Assembly (NCBI RefSeq): GCF_009914755.1
Contig: NC_060927.1
Direction: 5' to 3' (one strand)
DNA length: 64,000 nucleotides
From: the human T2T-CHM13v2.0 reference genome, Homo sapiens
The position numbers were made by a program, and so were the translations under genes. This document shows, piece after piece, positions 16,730 through 34,210 of this stretch. Below the pieces are notes generated by a model, which was given only the letters and a program-made list of their open reading frames with translations, made no database searches and had not been told where the DNA came from. The first letter of the stretch is position 1. Every line of letters begins with the position of its first letter.

Positions 16730-18290
16730 ACTTCCACCACTGCTCATAAAAAGATTGAGGCTGGATGCTCACTCTGTGATCCCAGCACTTTGGGAGGCCA
16801 CAAGGTGGTGGGTGGATTGCTTCAGCCCAGGAGTTTAAGACCAGCCTGGGCAACATGGTGAAACCCTGCCTCTACAAAAAGAAAAAATAAATTAGCTGGG
16901 TGTGGTGCCACATGCCTGTAGTCCCAGCTACTCCAGAGGCTGGGAGGTGCGAGGGTCGCTTGAGCCCAAGAGGTCAAGGCTGCAGTGAGCAGAGATCACA
17001 CCACTGCACTCCAGCCTGGTGACAAAGCGAGACCTTGTCTCACAAAAAAAAAAAAAAAAAAGAAAGAAAAAAGAAACAAAAAGATTGGGGCAAGTCAGCA
17101 GACTGAAGAGAGCCACTCTTTAGCGATACATAATTACATACCCTGCCTAAATTATCAGCTATTCTCTCATATGGAGCAAAAACTTTAAATGAAAGGAAAC
17201 CCTTTTGTCCTCAGTCCAGGCAAAGATTCACTGATTATGGGGGCAGGGTAGAAGCAAAAGCTGCCTGCCCTTAGGGAAGGCACAGAACATTCTCCAGCAG
17301 TAGCTGCTACTATTTTGTATTTAGTGTGATCCGTGGGATACTGGAGGGTTTTTGTTTTGTTTTGTTTTTACAGTGTTCCTCCACAGATATAAGGCAAAAT
17401 TTCATTGCCAAGAGGTTGGGGTAGGGGCACAGAAAGCCGCATACCCGAGGCCTAGGTGCACAGGGCCTAGCTAACACTGAGATATCAGGAGAACAATGAG
17501 TTCTGTTAATAGACTGGAGTTAAAAACAGCTGTAGCCTACTGCTGAGGGAGGGACAAGGATGGAGAGAGAGAACCCCCTCTATGGCACAGATATGCAGTG
17601 ACTGCTGAAAGCTGAGATTGGAGCAGGAACACTGAGTAAAATCCCTTGAACACTGTAGACTCCACATGAAGCACAAGATAGTAGCTGCCCACTGCTAGAG
17701 GAAGGTGCACAGAAGGTAACTACAGCAACAGGGAAACAACATCTCAACCACTGACTAGATTCTCTCTCTTTGGAATTTGTTCACCTGGTTGCCTGACAGA
17801 ATAGGCATCTCCATTTCCAGGAATAACTATTCTTTCCTTCAGTTTATACTGTTATTCTATGGACAATATTTGGAATTCTATAAAAAATTATGAAATATAT
17901 GAAAAAAAACACAACCATTTTCAAGAGATAAAGCAATCAACAGACCCAGACCCAGAGATGACTCAGATGTTGGAAATACCAGATGAGGACTTTAATTATG
18001 ATTGATATATTACAGGAACAAGTAGAAAAAGTAGGCCTCATGCATGAACAGTTGGGGAATTTCAGCAGAGAAATGTAAACTCTAAAAAGAGTCATATGGA
18101 CACACTAAAATAAAAAAACATGATATCTGGGATGAAGAACTCTTTTGACAGGCATTTCAACAGACTGGAAAGAGGTGAGGAATGAATAAATAAATTTGAA
18201 GGCAGATCCATAGAAGTTATTCAAACTGAAGCACAAAGAGAAAAAAAGAGTGATATGGAAAGGGAAAAAAAGATATATGAGAAAGAAATG
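16730..18290 (+). mobile_element. Old L1M 5' UTR/ORF1, part 2 (with AluJ insertion)
   Basis: ORF1-like A-rich sequence: aagcaatcaacagacccagacccagagatgactcagatgttggaa...ggggaatttcagcagagaaatg...caaactgaagcacaaagag. Confidence 0.7.
16759..17082 (+). mobile_element. AluJ
   Basis: J-like Alu; TSD aaaagattg. Confidence 0.88.
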
Positions 18291-18698
18291 AAAATAACTT
18301 GATATAACTCTTCAACTATCCATTTATTCCTGTGATAGGCAGAGGAGTCAATACCTGCCACTATGCTATCATTGCCATTTTTCTTTGTTCAATTCTGTAT
18401 TCCTTAGTGCTTCTCTGTTCTTGCTGTTTTCTGCTTTCAATATTCACAGTGATAAGCAAAGGTCGTACTCACATTCCAGAACACATCCAGGCTCTATGGT
18501 GGAACTTAAGACAACTTTGCAGAAGTTGAGTCAGAAGTCACTTTGAATTAAGCTATTTTGTGTTTCTCTAAATCATATGTCTCTAAAGCACTCAACAAGT
18601 GGTATGTTGATTTTCTTTTATTATAGAATGAGTTTCCTAGGAATATTCCTACTCCAAGTCATAGTAGCCTTTGTTTCCTCCTTTCGTAGTTAATCCTG

Positions 18699-19053
18699 TG
18701 TATTAGTTCATTTTCATGCTGCTAATAAAGACATACCTAAGACTGGGAAGAAAAAGAGGTTTAATTGGACTTACAGTTCCACATGGCTGGGGAGACCTCA
18801 GAATCATGGCGGGAGGCAAAAGGCACTTCTTACAGGGTGGCGGCAAGAGAAAATGAAGAAGAAGCAAAAGTGAAAACCCCTGATAAACCCATCAGATCTC
18901 ATAAGAGATTATTCACTATCATGAGAATAGCATGGGAAAGACCAGCCCCCATGATTCAATTACCTCCCCCTGGGTCCCTCCCACAATGCATGGGAATTCT
19001 GGGAGATACAATTGAAGTTGAGATTTGAATGGAGACACAGCCAAACCATATCA
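18699..19053 (-). mobile_element. THE1 (THE1C-like) solo LTR
   Basis: tgtattagt...ccaaaccatatca, 355 bp, with a perfect 5-bp TSD tcctg (18694-18698 / 19054-19058). Confidence 0.92.
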
Positions 19054-20482
19054 TCCTGTAATCTCATGTGTCTACCATAAGCCCCAACCCAGAATCACCT
19101 TTACTTATTTTCTTGGCAGCCTGGGGAGGTCCTCAGGCTCATCAAGGTTCCCTGATGTCTCAGAGTCCCCCAAATTGGTATGTAGACCTTTAGTTATTGT
19201 CTAGGCTCCCCTCTCCTTCTCATTTGGCTATTTTGAAAGAACTACATTTTTGGTTGAAAGCAAAGTGGGCAGATACTTAGGCACATGTTTTAGAAAATAT
19301 GGTAGTCTTTCATGCTTACCCAAGTAATCTACAAAAATGTTCATTGCATTACTGTTTTAAAAGAAAAAAAAGGAAACAGCCTACACAGTCATCAAAAGGA
19401 AAGTGAATGAATGAGCTTTGCTGGACTATTCATTCATTGGAATAAAATTTAACAATGAATTATAGGGCTTCACGTATCAACATAGATCAGTCTCAAAAAT
19501 CATGTTGAATATAAGTTGTGAAACTTATTGGCCTTGTAAGAGCCTAAATGTTATTTAGAAAGGCATTGGGTAAATAGCCACTGTGTCTTTGGTATCATGA
19601 GTGATTTCAGGAAACTGGGGAAACAGTGGGATTTTTGAATTCCATTTTTCCACGTGAAGAGGAACTCCTTCCTCTACTGGGTATTCTGAAAACTGACTAA
19701 CCTTTGCCCCAGGCTGCAAGCCAAGGAGAAGTATTTACTTGTATACTTCTGACTGGTAGCTACCTCCTCCAGTCAGGTCACATGACCCTCCAGAATTACT
19801 GCTGCTTTTCACTCTCCAAGATGCAGACAGAAGATAGAAGCTCGGATATCAGTTCCAATTTTGTTTCTTTGGCTGTGCTGTTATGAGTCTATCCATGCAT
19901 GTGTGTTTCAAGGGTCACGCAGAGAGATGCTTGGACAGAAATTGGGGATTACCCCTCTGGTTCTATCTCAGCAGGATTCTGTTGGGGATTTTAATGTTTT
20001 GAGGGGCAGGAAGGATTCATATTATCTTGGCAGAGAGTTATCCAGTGAAGAAGTATTTGGGGTTATACAATGCAGAGATTTCCCACTTTGTGCTGCCCTA
20101 GGAAGGGGATTAAATGCAATCGGGGCACTTCTAAACAAATTAACATTTATCAAGTAATTATATATGAGATATCAATTGTGGAAATATAGTATGCTGAAAT
20201 CAAAAGCATCTTGATGCAAATAGATTACATAATTATATGCAAACTATCAGTGTGGGATGATATTTTGAATAAAGTAGAAATAGATAATAAAGTTCTCTAA
20301 TGAAAATGCCTGACAGTTTATAAAGCAGCATGATTATTAGAAGGCCTATCCCCTGTTGATAGCCATTGAGAAAAAGTACATTTGAAAGTATGTTAGATGA
20401 ATATAAAATTCTAACAGTACATACGGACATACTTTCTGAATTTCATAATAAAAATAATAAAGAAATAGAAAATTAGAAAAAT

Positions 20483-20775
<293 letters not shown>

Positions 20776-20794
20776 TCACAAAAATGAACAATAG

Positions 20795-21098
<304 letters not shown>

Positions 21099-21860
21099 CA
21101 ATAGTACAATTTTTATTTGGAGAGGTAAACACCAAATTCAGAATAGTGATTAAAGTATTAGGGAGGAGAATATGAACTTGGAAAAGTACAGTTTCCTTTC
21201 CAAGTTTGAAAAGTAAAAATTTTGTAAAATACCTGATACAGACATGAAAAACATGAAGTAGTGGTGAAAAAAAAAAAGAAGGGTGAATTATTGTGAAGTT
21301 AATGATAGATTAGAATTGGGAAGCTCTTTGGACCCTTTGGTAACCCAGAAACTGGCTACCTTCTCTACTTGTCTCTCACGGCCTCTGCACTCTAACCAAG
21401 GAGGAATGACCTTACTGAGTTTGTTAATCCCTATCTGATGGGGAATGCTGCTCTGGCAATGCCTCTGTTTTGGGCTTGGATCCCTGGGGTTTAGGGCAGC
21501 AGAATGTGTTGCCAAGAAACAATGTTTCTCAGAAGTAGAGTGCAAGATTTTCTAAGAGATCCAGATTCAGTCCTTGACCTACTGCAGTTTGCCCCTCCTC
21601 TGCACGCTGTGCACTTCTGTTGCTGTATTACCAGCTGACATTGCGAATCCTGCATTTCTGCCTGTCTTCCTAGGCTATTGGTTATTCAAGCACTCATTCT
21701 TTGGCCATAGAGGGTGCTTAATAAATGTGGAATAAATGCAAGTGAGTGCTCCCTTGTAAGACATGGAATAAAAGTGGTAAAAAAAAATTGATTATACCGC
21801 AATACATGAAATATGTGGCTAAATGAGAATTTATTTGTTTTATTTAGAAACAAGTTCTCA

Positions 21861-22471
<611 letters not shown>

Positions 22472-22501
22472 ACAATTTTTAAAAAATAACTGATACATGT
22501 T

Positions 22502-23048
<547 letters not shown>

Positions 23049-23876
23049 ATTAGAAAAATCATGGGAAAAAATATGGAAATACATAATGAAAATAACAAAA
23101 TCAAATATCCCTTTCCTTCAAGTATCATTCCTTTGGGAATGGCTTCCAAAGAAATCCAAAACAAGCAAATTGTTTCACTATAACACTTAACAAATTTTGT
23201 TAGTGTACCCTATTGCAAATGGGATATTAACCACCTTTACTTTCAGGGACCTAATCTGTAAAATGAGGATAACAGTGTATCTTTTAACTAGAAATATCTC
23301 ACAGGGTTGTGAGGATTAAATTATCAAGTGTTCAGAACAGTGGATTAATATATATTGCTATTATTATATTAATATTTTTGGTTAAGATACATCAAAACTA
23401 ACCACAGAAAAGTGAGAAAGAGAGAAGTTCTGAATAGGAGATATTAATTTATGAGTCATTAAGGTATAGAAGATCAATTAGAGAAAGCCCTGAACAGAAA
23501 GGCAATATATTTTTGCTTACTTATAAAAATGAAATTGTATCTTAGAGGGCAAAGTGCGTCTTGATTTTGCATTTGAGAGTTTACTGTTTGATAGATAACT
23601 TCACATAAAAACCTTTGCATTGAAAAAAAATTATTTTATTGGAATTTTTTGGTTACAAATATATTTGAGCTAAAATATGTAAAAAATAAAAGAAGAGATG
23701 TTCTTGAAATTCCACTCCCCACCTCCTGGGATGCCAACATTTTTATTAATATCCTTTCAGACATCTCTCTATATTGCAATAACTTTTAAAGAAAGTGTTT
23801 GGGAAAGTAAAGGTTAGGAAATAGTTACAAATTCTTTATGTTAAATATTTTATTAATATCCAAAATAGCATCATCA

Positions 23877-24317
<441 letters not shown>

Positions 24318-26309
24318 TTAAAAATCAAGATTGCGGTTATATGTGGCATTAGTATCCCATCCTAAATTGGAGACGATAGGGATAGGAAACATTGTGAGCT
24401 TGGGCAGGAAGGACGATGACTGGGTTTTTAATTTGATCCTATAATTATTATGATGTCATGTTAATAGTTTAAACATTCTTGTTAAAAGACTTGTAATATT
24501 GAAAATATTCCAGCCACTGTTATAAAATAGTGTATTGAAATATTCTAGGAAAAATATTAAAAAGCAGTGCTTCCTTTGCTGGATTTCCCTGATACTCCAC
24601 TCTTTCTCCATTCACTCTTGTGTGCCCTTCATGTCAACTTCTGAAACACCAATATGTTCTGTAGAAACTCAGATTATGAAATCTGAGTTACGTTTTTTCA
24701 GCCCTGAAAACAGCTTTGGAGAGGAAGCTAGATGACTAGGCTAAAATTCCAGAGCAATCTTTATTGTTCTTTCGCCTTCTGAAAATGGGGGAGAGAAGTG
24801 CCAAGGGTGAAACTAGAGGTGTGGCCAGGTCGGGGAAATATTTTGTTTCTGCTCTAAATTGTCCTTCCTGTTGCCTATGACTGGAATGATCTTCAGTGCT
24901 TTAGGGTTAGTTTCATACTTGGCTCATGCTGGAAAGGAAAGGTTTCCTGAAGCCTTTTCATAGTTTATCTGAAGTGATTTCTGTCAGTGAAAATAGGTAT
25001 CTTAGAAATTCTAAAGTAAAACAAAAATGATAAATGCTTTATATTATCTAGACTTTTAGGTAGTTATACTAAGGTCACAGGAATTACGTATGGACTCAGA
25101 TTCTAACTTTAGCATGATATATTAAATGTCTGACAGACTTGAAAATAGACCTGTCTTTGAATAACTTAAAGCCATATCAAGAGTAAATTTCTTGAAGTGG
25201 GTAAACGTGAAGTTTTCTATGTATAATTGACCCTACATCGTGATAATGTCAAATATATTTATACTTGATCTCTTCTTAAATGGCCTAAGTGGGGAAGGGA
25301 AACCTTTCATTTTGTGTAAAGTTTATTGATTCATCTGTGGTGTAACATTCAAGTTCAAGGTATTGAGACAGATACTACTTGGCATACCATTCTAATGCCA
25401 CTTACAAAAGTGGTTTCTATTTGAAAGTTCCAAATAGATACTCCAGAACTGACAGGGGAATTCCAGCAAGGTCATTCACCCATTAAAACTTTAAAGAAAA
25501 AAAAAAAAGCGAAGGAAAAAAATTGCCTTTGTGTAAACATTAACCTATCTGCTTTTAAGTGGTTCTTTTTGTTTAATTTTTTTAATATTAAAGGGAGAGT
25601 TCAAACTGGTTTTTTAAATATTTCAAATCACAAATAATAAATTTAATTAATTTAGAAGTTAAGTTTATACCTTTGTGGTTTATTATATCTCTTCTGGGTT
25701 GGCAAAATATCCAATGCTTTAAAAAAAATGGCTTCCCATTGTGCAGCCCACAAAATACAAGAGACAGAGTACAGGCAGGAAGGAATTCTTAAAGCGTCTG
25801 TGGTATGTTATCCTTGGTAGTTATATCAGTTGAAACATACCAAGTTCTTGCTCTTGCAGCTTTATAAACCTGCCTGACAGACAGTCATTTGACTAAGCAA
25901 ACATTGCTGGAAATACATGATGAATTAAAGTATTGTCATTCTGTAAATGTCTTTTGTGAGGTCTAGATACACAGTGAAATGTTGACTGTTTAGAAAATAG
26001 CAAAAGCAGTTATTCATCCCTAGGCTGGCAGTTTATTCAGTCCTGAATCTTGAAATTCATATTTCATTTAATGTTAAAATTCTCACATATGGTGCCTCAT
26101 AAAATGATAGCACATTGAATTTAGTTTTAATTTTAATTATGTTGGTAGCTTTCAAATCTTTTTTGTTGGAGTTGTGTGAGTCTGTAGGGGCTTCTGTGAA
26201 AGTTTCTATATAATTTATGCTTTCAGTCCCTCCTGTTCCACAGACTCATACTGCTGCAGAGATGGCAGATACATTCATTGTCTACTTTGGACAAAATAGA
26301 GCTTTTAAA

Positions 26310-26890
26310 AAATGTTTATTAAATGTTGAGTAGATACAAAATATTTATAAAACATCTGTAAGGCTTATGGAATAACTATACAGAGAACATTTGTGTACCT
26401 ACAGCCTAGTTTAAGAAAGCAATATTACCATTACTTCTAGTGTCTCCTGTGGGCTCATTCCTGATTCTATACTTTTCTTGTACCCTCAGAAGTAACCAGA
26501 GTTTTAAATTTTGTGTTAATAATTCTCTTGCGGTTCTCAATGGTTTTATCACATTTCTATATATCCCTAAACAGTATATTGATTAGTTTTTCATGTTTTT
26601 GAACTTTATAAAAATGAAATCCTATTGTATGTCTTTTTCTGGGACATGCCTTTTTTTAAAAAAAAATCTACATTATAGCCTTAGATTTATCCATGTCAAC
26701 GCTTATAGCATTCCTCATTAGTTTTCACTGCTGTATAATGTAGCATTGTAGGAGTATTACAGAATTTCCTAGCAGATGAGTTGATGGATGAGCATTGTGA
26801 TGTTTCAGTTGTTAGTTATTACAAACATTGCACCTAAGTATACATATATTCCTGTGTTTGTATCTACCGCATATATGCAATCATTTCTCC
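26310..26890 (-). mobile_element. Old L1ME-like 3' fragment
   Basis: tttttgaactttataaaaatgaaatcctattgtatgtc...agatttatccatgt...ttcactgctgtataatgtagcattg. Confidence 0.6.
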
Positions 26891-26892
26891 AT

Positions 26893-27096
26893 CAATGTTC
26901 CCTAACCTTTCTTGTGTCACGGCACACATAGAAAATGATAGATGATATGTGTGCAATACACCAGGTTAAAGAAGTAAAGCTATGTCCTGGCCTGGGGGCT
27001 TCTGCTGAACTAGAGAGCTGAGTTCCATATCTGGGCACACCTGTCACCCATTCATTGCATACTAGGGTGCCTTGGCACACCAGTTGGGAAGCTCTG
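26893..27096 (+). mobile_element. hAT-Charlie-type MITE (Charlie15-like)
   Basis: TIR-like ends caatgttccctaacc ... cagttgggaagctctg; internal cggcacacatagaaaatga. Confidence 0.55.
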
Positions 27097-27569
27097 CTAG
27101 TGTGTGTGCCTGGGAGTAGAATTGCTGATTATAGGTGAATGCTTCTTCAGTCCTTCTAGGCTAGATACCAAATTGCATGGTGGTATTAATTATTTCACTT
27201 AACTGACATCTAAAGTGTTTGTATCAATTCACGTTCTCTAAATATATTTAAATCAACAAGATTTGAGAATTCTACCAACCTCCTAATTATGAATGTTAAG
27301 TAGGAAAAGAAATAATTATTCCCTAGGATATCAATTCAGATTTGCTTTCTCGAAACATGATAATATCAAAATTCTTTGACAATGTGACAGCAGAGAGTTG
27401 TAGGTAGTAGGCAATGTTAAAAAGTGACAACATGCCCCGTAGTTGTTATTAATTGTGAAAGCCACAGCTTAAGCGAAATGAATTACTTATGAGAGCTGTA
27501 ATTCTGTCTTCCAAGTTGGGTATTGCATTGGCTTTTTGTTTCTTAGCCTCAGGGACTGTTTTCAGATAA

Positions 27570-27915
<346 letters not shown>

Positions 27916-28505
27916 TAAGTGACTTTTAGTGTAGAAAGGCAAACCTTAAGAAACGAGCTAGTTTATCTTGACTACTCTTAAAATTGGTTTTCTTTTAAAC
28001 AGTAGAGATCTCAATCAGAATTACATTAGGTTAATAAATGATAATAATTTCTCCATTCAAATGACATCAGACTAGATGATTGATTTTAGAAAAATTACAA
28101 CCTGACATAGGTTTCCCATGGCATTTTCAAGAAGCTTCTGGACATTACCTCCACGGTTACCATTCTAATGGCTTGCTCATAGACAAATGTAAAAGAAATT
28201 TTTACTTGGTGGGAGTATTACCTTCCGGCTTGCAGGCTGAGGATATTTTAAATTAGATGGAAAATATGAGAGCAAAGATTTCAAACTCATGCTTACCCTG
28301 GTTTATGAAAATCTAATGCCAAATTTGTATTTTAATTTATTTGGCAGAGATTAAACTGCAATTTAAATACAGATTAAAACTGCATTTTCATTTTACTGGT
28401 ATACTGTGTACTACACTTAAGTCAGGGTCTCAGTTGTTTTTATATAAATTAGGATTGGAAGCATAGTACCAATTCTGGAATTAACACCTATAGTATGTGA
28501 CAGTA

Positions 28506-28845
28506 GTGCATGTGTGTGTGCGTGCATATATACATGCATGTATATATACATATGTGTATATATTATATGCGTGCACACATATACACATGCATGCACACAC
28601 ATATGCGTGCACACATATACACATGCGTGCACACACATATGCGTGCACACACATATACACATGTGTATATTACATATATGCGTGCACACACATATGCGTG
28701 CACACACATATACACATGTGTATATTATATATGCATGCACACACATATGCGTGCACACACATATACACGTGTATATTATATATATGCACACACAGATATG
28801 CACATACCATGCTCTCGTGTTTTACATATGTATGTGTGTGTATAG
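28506..28845. repeat. Alternating purine-pyrimidine minisatellite (CA/TA/CG mosaic)
   Basis: Recurrent gcgtgcacacacatat and acacatgtgtatatta units; unbroken RY alternation over 28564-28670. Confidence 0.95.
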
Positions 28846-29112
28846 TATTGATTGAGGCTCAATGCATATTCAACACTATCAAATAGCATTCATTAAGCAT
28901 CTGGTTATAGTCAGTTCTGTAACTTCACTCTCAGCATGTAGCTAAGCTCTAGCTACAGACATATAGGATACATAATAAATGAGACTCAATAGCAAAATAG
29001 TGGTAAATATGAACGATACATTCAAGATTTTTTTCATTATTTTTCTCCTTTGAATACAAAGTGTTTATTGTGATTTGCCACATGTGGCCATATTCTTATT
29101 TTTTTATTATAA

Positions 29113-29433
<321 letters not shown>

Positions 29434-30832
29434 TGACTGAGTTTTAATAGCAAGTACACATTTTCCTATAGCTGGCTATTATATAAGTGCTTCTTTAATT
29501 TCTACCCAAGTATCCCCTTACGGAAATGGTAAGTCAATTTATAGCCCTAGAAATAGGAAGATGACCTCCTGTAAGAACATTCTATGCTTGAAATGTCAGG
29601 ATTTGTCTTTAAAAGCTCATGTAAAATTTGCATTTTTCATTCTGTTTCAATATATTTTCCCCTATATAAAGTTGATACTACAGAAAGATCTGTTCTGCGG
29701 CTTCATATACCCCAGTTTGAGGAGCACGTTAAGTGGAATTCTATTTGCCAAAGGCCTTTAAATCAGAAGGGCTTTCTTCTAGGAAAATGTTGACTTCTGT
29801 AATCTGGGTTCCGTTTAGGCTTCACTGAAAGTGAAAGAAGTTTCTTGGGTGACTTTGGCCATCAGTGGTCTCTGTCTCTTTTTGTGATCATCTTGTCATC
29901 TTTTGTGTATCTTTGTTTCTTAGACAGTGCATTTGATGGAACCCTTTTTCCTAGATCTTTCTTTTGTCTTGGTTGCCAGGAAATTACACCATCCTGCTCC
30001 TTTTCAAAATCCTCTGTCCATCCCTACTCTGTTTTCCATGCTTCTCTGGTATTACCCTGTGTTTATATTTCACAGCTCAGTTTTGGCCGCTCCTTCCTCA
30101 CTCTGTATAATCTTTCTCAGTTATCTCAGTTCTGTTCTCTCATACTGTGTATCCAGATGCCTTTTGGACAATTCAACTAGGACATTTTAGAGTCACTTCA
30201 CACTTTGCCTTTATAAACTCACTCTCACATCCCCGGTGCCTTGCACAGTAGGTACCAACAAATATTTATTGAATGAATGAGTTAAATGAATCTCACTCCC
30301 TTCATCTCATTTCTGTCTTTTGTCACTGGTGTCACTGTTCTGATCTCTCTTTGATATTGCAAGTATTTTTTATTTTTTCTTTTGAAATACATTTTATATT
30401 TGATTATTTTCACTGTAATTTCATTATCTTTACCCTAATGTAGGCCCTCGTCACCTCATGCCAAGATTACTTCCACAGTTGCCCATCTGACCTTTTTGGT
30501 TCTAACTTCTCCTTTCTCCAAGCCATTTTCACTATAGCTGTTCTAATAATTTTTAAAATGTTTGTTTATTGGGAAAAAAGTCTATCTATTGTTTTAATAA
30601 ACTTTTTGTTTTTGAAATAGTTAGAGATGTATAGAAAATCTGCTAAGATAGTACAGAAAGTTCCTGTAGAAACTTTACCCACCTTCTCCTGATGTTAACA
30701 TCTTACATAACTATGGCTCATTTATCAAAATTAAGAAATTAACATTGGTACATGACTATTAACTAAAAGCCAGACTTTATTTGGTTTTCACCAGTTTTTC
30801 CATGACTGTAGTTTTTCTATTCCAGGATCTAA

Positions 30833-31177
<345 letters not shown>

Positions 31178-31519
31178 TAAATTCCAGTATCCTATTAGAT
31201 ATCTGTACTATAATTTAATTTACCAGTTCCTTCCTGATTTCCATCTTTTTCTTTTGCCAACAATGCTGCAGTTAATATTCACGTACATGTGTATGTTTTT
31301 AGTTATTGCTGGGTGAAAGTGTATGTGTTCATAATTTGATTGCCAATTTGCTCTTCAGAGAGGTTCTATCAATTTATCCTCCATTATTTTCCCATAACCT
31401 CACCAACATTGTATCTTATGAAACTTTTTTAACTTTGCCAATTTGTTAGGTGAAAATATAGGTTAAGATGACGTCATTGTACTTTTAATTTTGATTTCTC
31501 TTATAATGAGTGAGGTTGA

Positions 31520-31846
<327 letters not shown>

Positions 31847-32329
31847 GAGTGCCTTTTTATATATTTAAGAGCCATTTATATTTCTTCTCTGAACTGTTCA
31901 TGTACTTTGCCCACTTTTCAATTAGGTTGTTTATTAAAGCACCTTTATTATTTTATTTTCTCGCTTTAAAATCTTTTGATTCCTCCCATTTTCTGATATT
32001 TTAATTTTAAATCCTAGTCCCTTTTTCTAGACTTTACATTCTATGTTTCAATTCCGATTTCCCGGTACTTTTCAACAACCACCCCTGCTATGACCAGCCT
32101 GGTTTCTTCCCTCTCCCAGGGGCACACCGTGCTTGCCCCTTCCGCCATGCTTTCTTTTCTAATGTTCCCCTACTTTTCTCCTCCACTTATATCTCCTATT
32201 TTGAGACAGAGATTCATGTCATTTCCTCCATTTGTGTAAACTTCCTTTTAACCTCAAGGAGACTTCTAGAAAAAAGAATTAACTTATAGTTTGTAAACTC
32301 TTTAAAAAAATGATAATCACTAAGAACCG

Positions 32330-32800
32330 GCACAATTAAAAAAAAAAAAACTGCTCAAACAAACTACATCTTCATTTCCATTAGAGTTTGACAAGATTGG
32401 GATGCTGTGGACATGTCTTTACTTACAAGGTATTTTGTTCTCCTGACATATTTGAGGAACTACAAAAATATAAGCTGTATGAGAATAGGTGGTTTTGTAG
32501 CTGATCAAACATGTGCACCCAAAGAATATTGATTTATGGATCAGTATCAAACTAAAGGTCTCTAATAACATGTTTCAGAACTCTATTCTCAATCTTGACT
32601 GTTCAATGTTTATTTACTAATAATTTGGGTGAAATCATGGTCATTAAGTAGACGTAGTTAGGCTGAAAAGGTTACTTACTATGACAGAGGACAGCCAGCA
32701 TGATTCAAAATGATCTTAATAATTTGGAAAAGTGGGCTAAAACCAAAATGTGAAATGTAAAAAGGTTGTATGTAGGACCCTGTGTTTCATTTCTAAAATT
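32330..32800 (+). mobile_element. Ancient L3/CR1 LINE RT-region relic
   Basis: gaggacag...attcaaaatgatcttaataatttggaaaagtgggctaaaacc resembles the CR1 'QxDLxxLxxW' RT segment; ctgttcaatgtttatttactaataatttgg. Confidence 0.55.
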
Positions 32801-32827
32801 AACTGAGAAAAGAATGAGGGGGTTCTC

Positions 32828-32998
32828 TCACAAGGACAGGTCATTGGATTTAGAGCCCACTTAGATAATCCAGGATGATCTCATTTTGAGATCCTTAGTC
32901 ACATCAGCAAAGCCTCCTTTTCCAAATACAGTCACATTCATAGATTCCGGGGATTTGACATGGGTTCTTTCTGAGGGGCCACCATTCAGCCTACTACA
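32828..32998 (-). mobile_element. MLT1 (MLT1B-like) LTR fragment
   Basis: gtcattggatttagagcccac...ataatccaggatgatctcat...ccaccattcagcctactaca. Confidence 0.75.
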
Positions 32999-33269
32999 AA
33001 GAGGAACTTGCAGCCGTCACGTGTGTCGCTTTGCATCCCTTGCTCTCTCCTCCTCATAGACTGCTACCTTGGCTCAGTGTCACCTCAAAACTGCCTATTT
33101 GGTTTTGGGAGGTAGAGGGGTGGTTAAAAGCTGAGAAGGTAAGAAGGACCAGGTATGATCAGACTGGCTGTGAAGGGGATTCTGGAACTTGAAGCAGAGG
33201 CTTTGGGCAGGACCAGCTTCCTGTCAGGTTCAAGTGTTCCCTTGTCAATCACATTCTGTCCTTTGGCTG

Positions 33270-33765
33270 CTGAAAACCTTCCCATGGCATCTCAGTGTAT
33301 GAAATCCAAACCTCTCCCCACAGTTACAGGGTCCCTGACTACTTTTTTGGGCCTCACATTTGGTCCTTGATCTCTGCTTTGGCCACACTGGCCTTCGTCC
33401 TCTTGGTTCTTGAGCAAGCCAAGGTCATTCTTGCCTCTGAACCTTTACATTGGCTGTTCCTTTGGCTGAAACACTGTTCCTTTCTACTTGCTTCACGCTT
33501 GGTTCCTTCGCTTGAAACACTGTTTCTTCCCCTCACTCCTCAGTTCATGTTCCTCTCAGCTCAAACTTCCCTCCTTCTCAGTGAGTCCTGAATATTGAGT
33601 TTTCCCCAGTCACCCTGTTCTCTTATCATCACAGTACTTGGCACCCCATGAAATTTCCTGGTTTGTCTATTCTCCACCCTCCTGCTGGAATGTCCGTCCC
33701 GGGAGAATAGGAGTCTTGTCAGATGGATTCATTGCTAGCACAGTGCCTGGCAGGTAGCAAGTGTT
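33270..33765. mobile_element. L2 fragment
   Basis: gccacactggccttc...cttgcctctgaacctttacattggctgttcc...ctagcacagtgcctggca. Confidence 0.65.
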
Positions 33766-34009
33766 TACTTTGCAACTCCAGGGGAAAGTGGGATTCTCAG
33801 ACCCATGAAATCCAACTAGGATCAGCTCAAGCCCTTTCCACATATACTTAAAAGCCTCAAACCCCACCACGCCCCCAGGATTTTAGCAGAATCTGGAGTG
33901 GCTCCTGTTCTCCAGGGCACCTCTGCCCTGGAGCAGCTTATCTATTGATCCAGACACGAATCTTAGCCTGTTCCTCAGCTCCCACAAGAAAGCCCGTCCT
34001 TACAGTAGC

Positions 34010-34210
34010 AGCTGACATTTACCCAGCAGTTACTATGTTCCAGGCACAGGTCCAACTACTTTGTATGAGCTACATCACTTCATCCTACCTAAAAAGTAGG
34101 TGAAATATTGTGCCCGTTTTACAGATGAGTCAGCTGAGACCCAGAGAGGTTAAGCAAATTACCTAAAATCACTCAGCAAGTAAGGGATAGAACCAGGATT
34201 CACACTTGGG
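34010..34210 (-). mobile_element. MIR
   Basis: cccgttttacagatgag...ctgagacccagagaggttaagcaaattacctaaaatcactcagc. Confidence 0.8.

Noticed and set aside
21175-21206. 10-bp inverted repeat aacttggaaa...tttccaagtt
   Set aside because: Too short and AT-rich to distinguish from background
28417-28886. His/Cys/Thr-rich ORFs on both strands
   Set aside because: Translation of the purine-pyrimidine minisatellite
29472-29534. Possible microexon ending ATG|GTAAGT at 29528
   Set aside because: The donor is strong but the acceptor is ambiguous (29472 or 29511); isolated consensus donors are common and nothing else supports it
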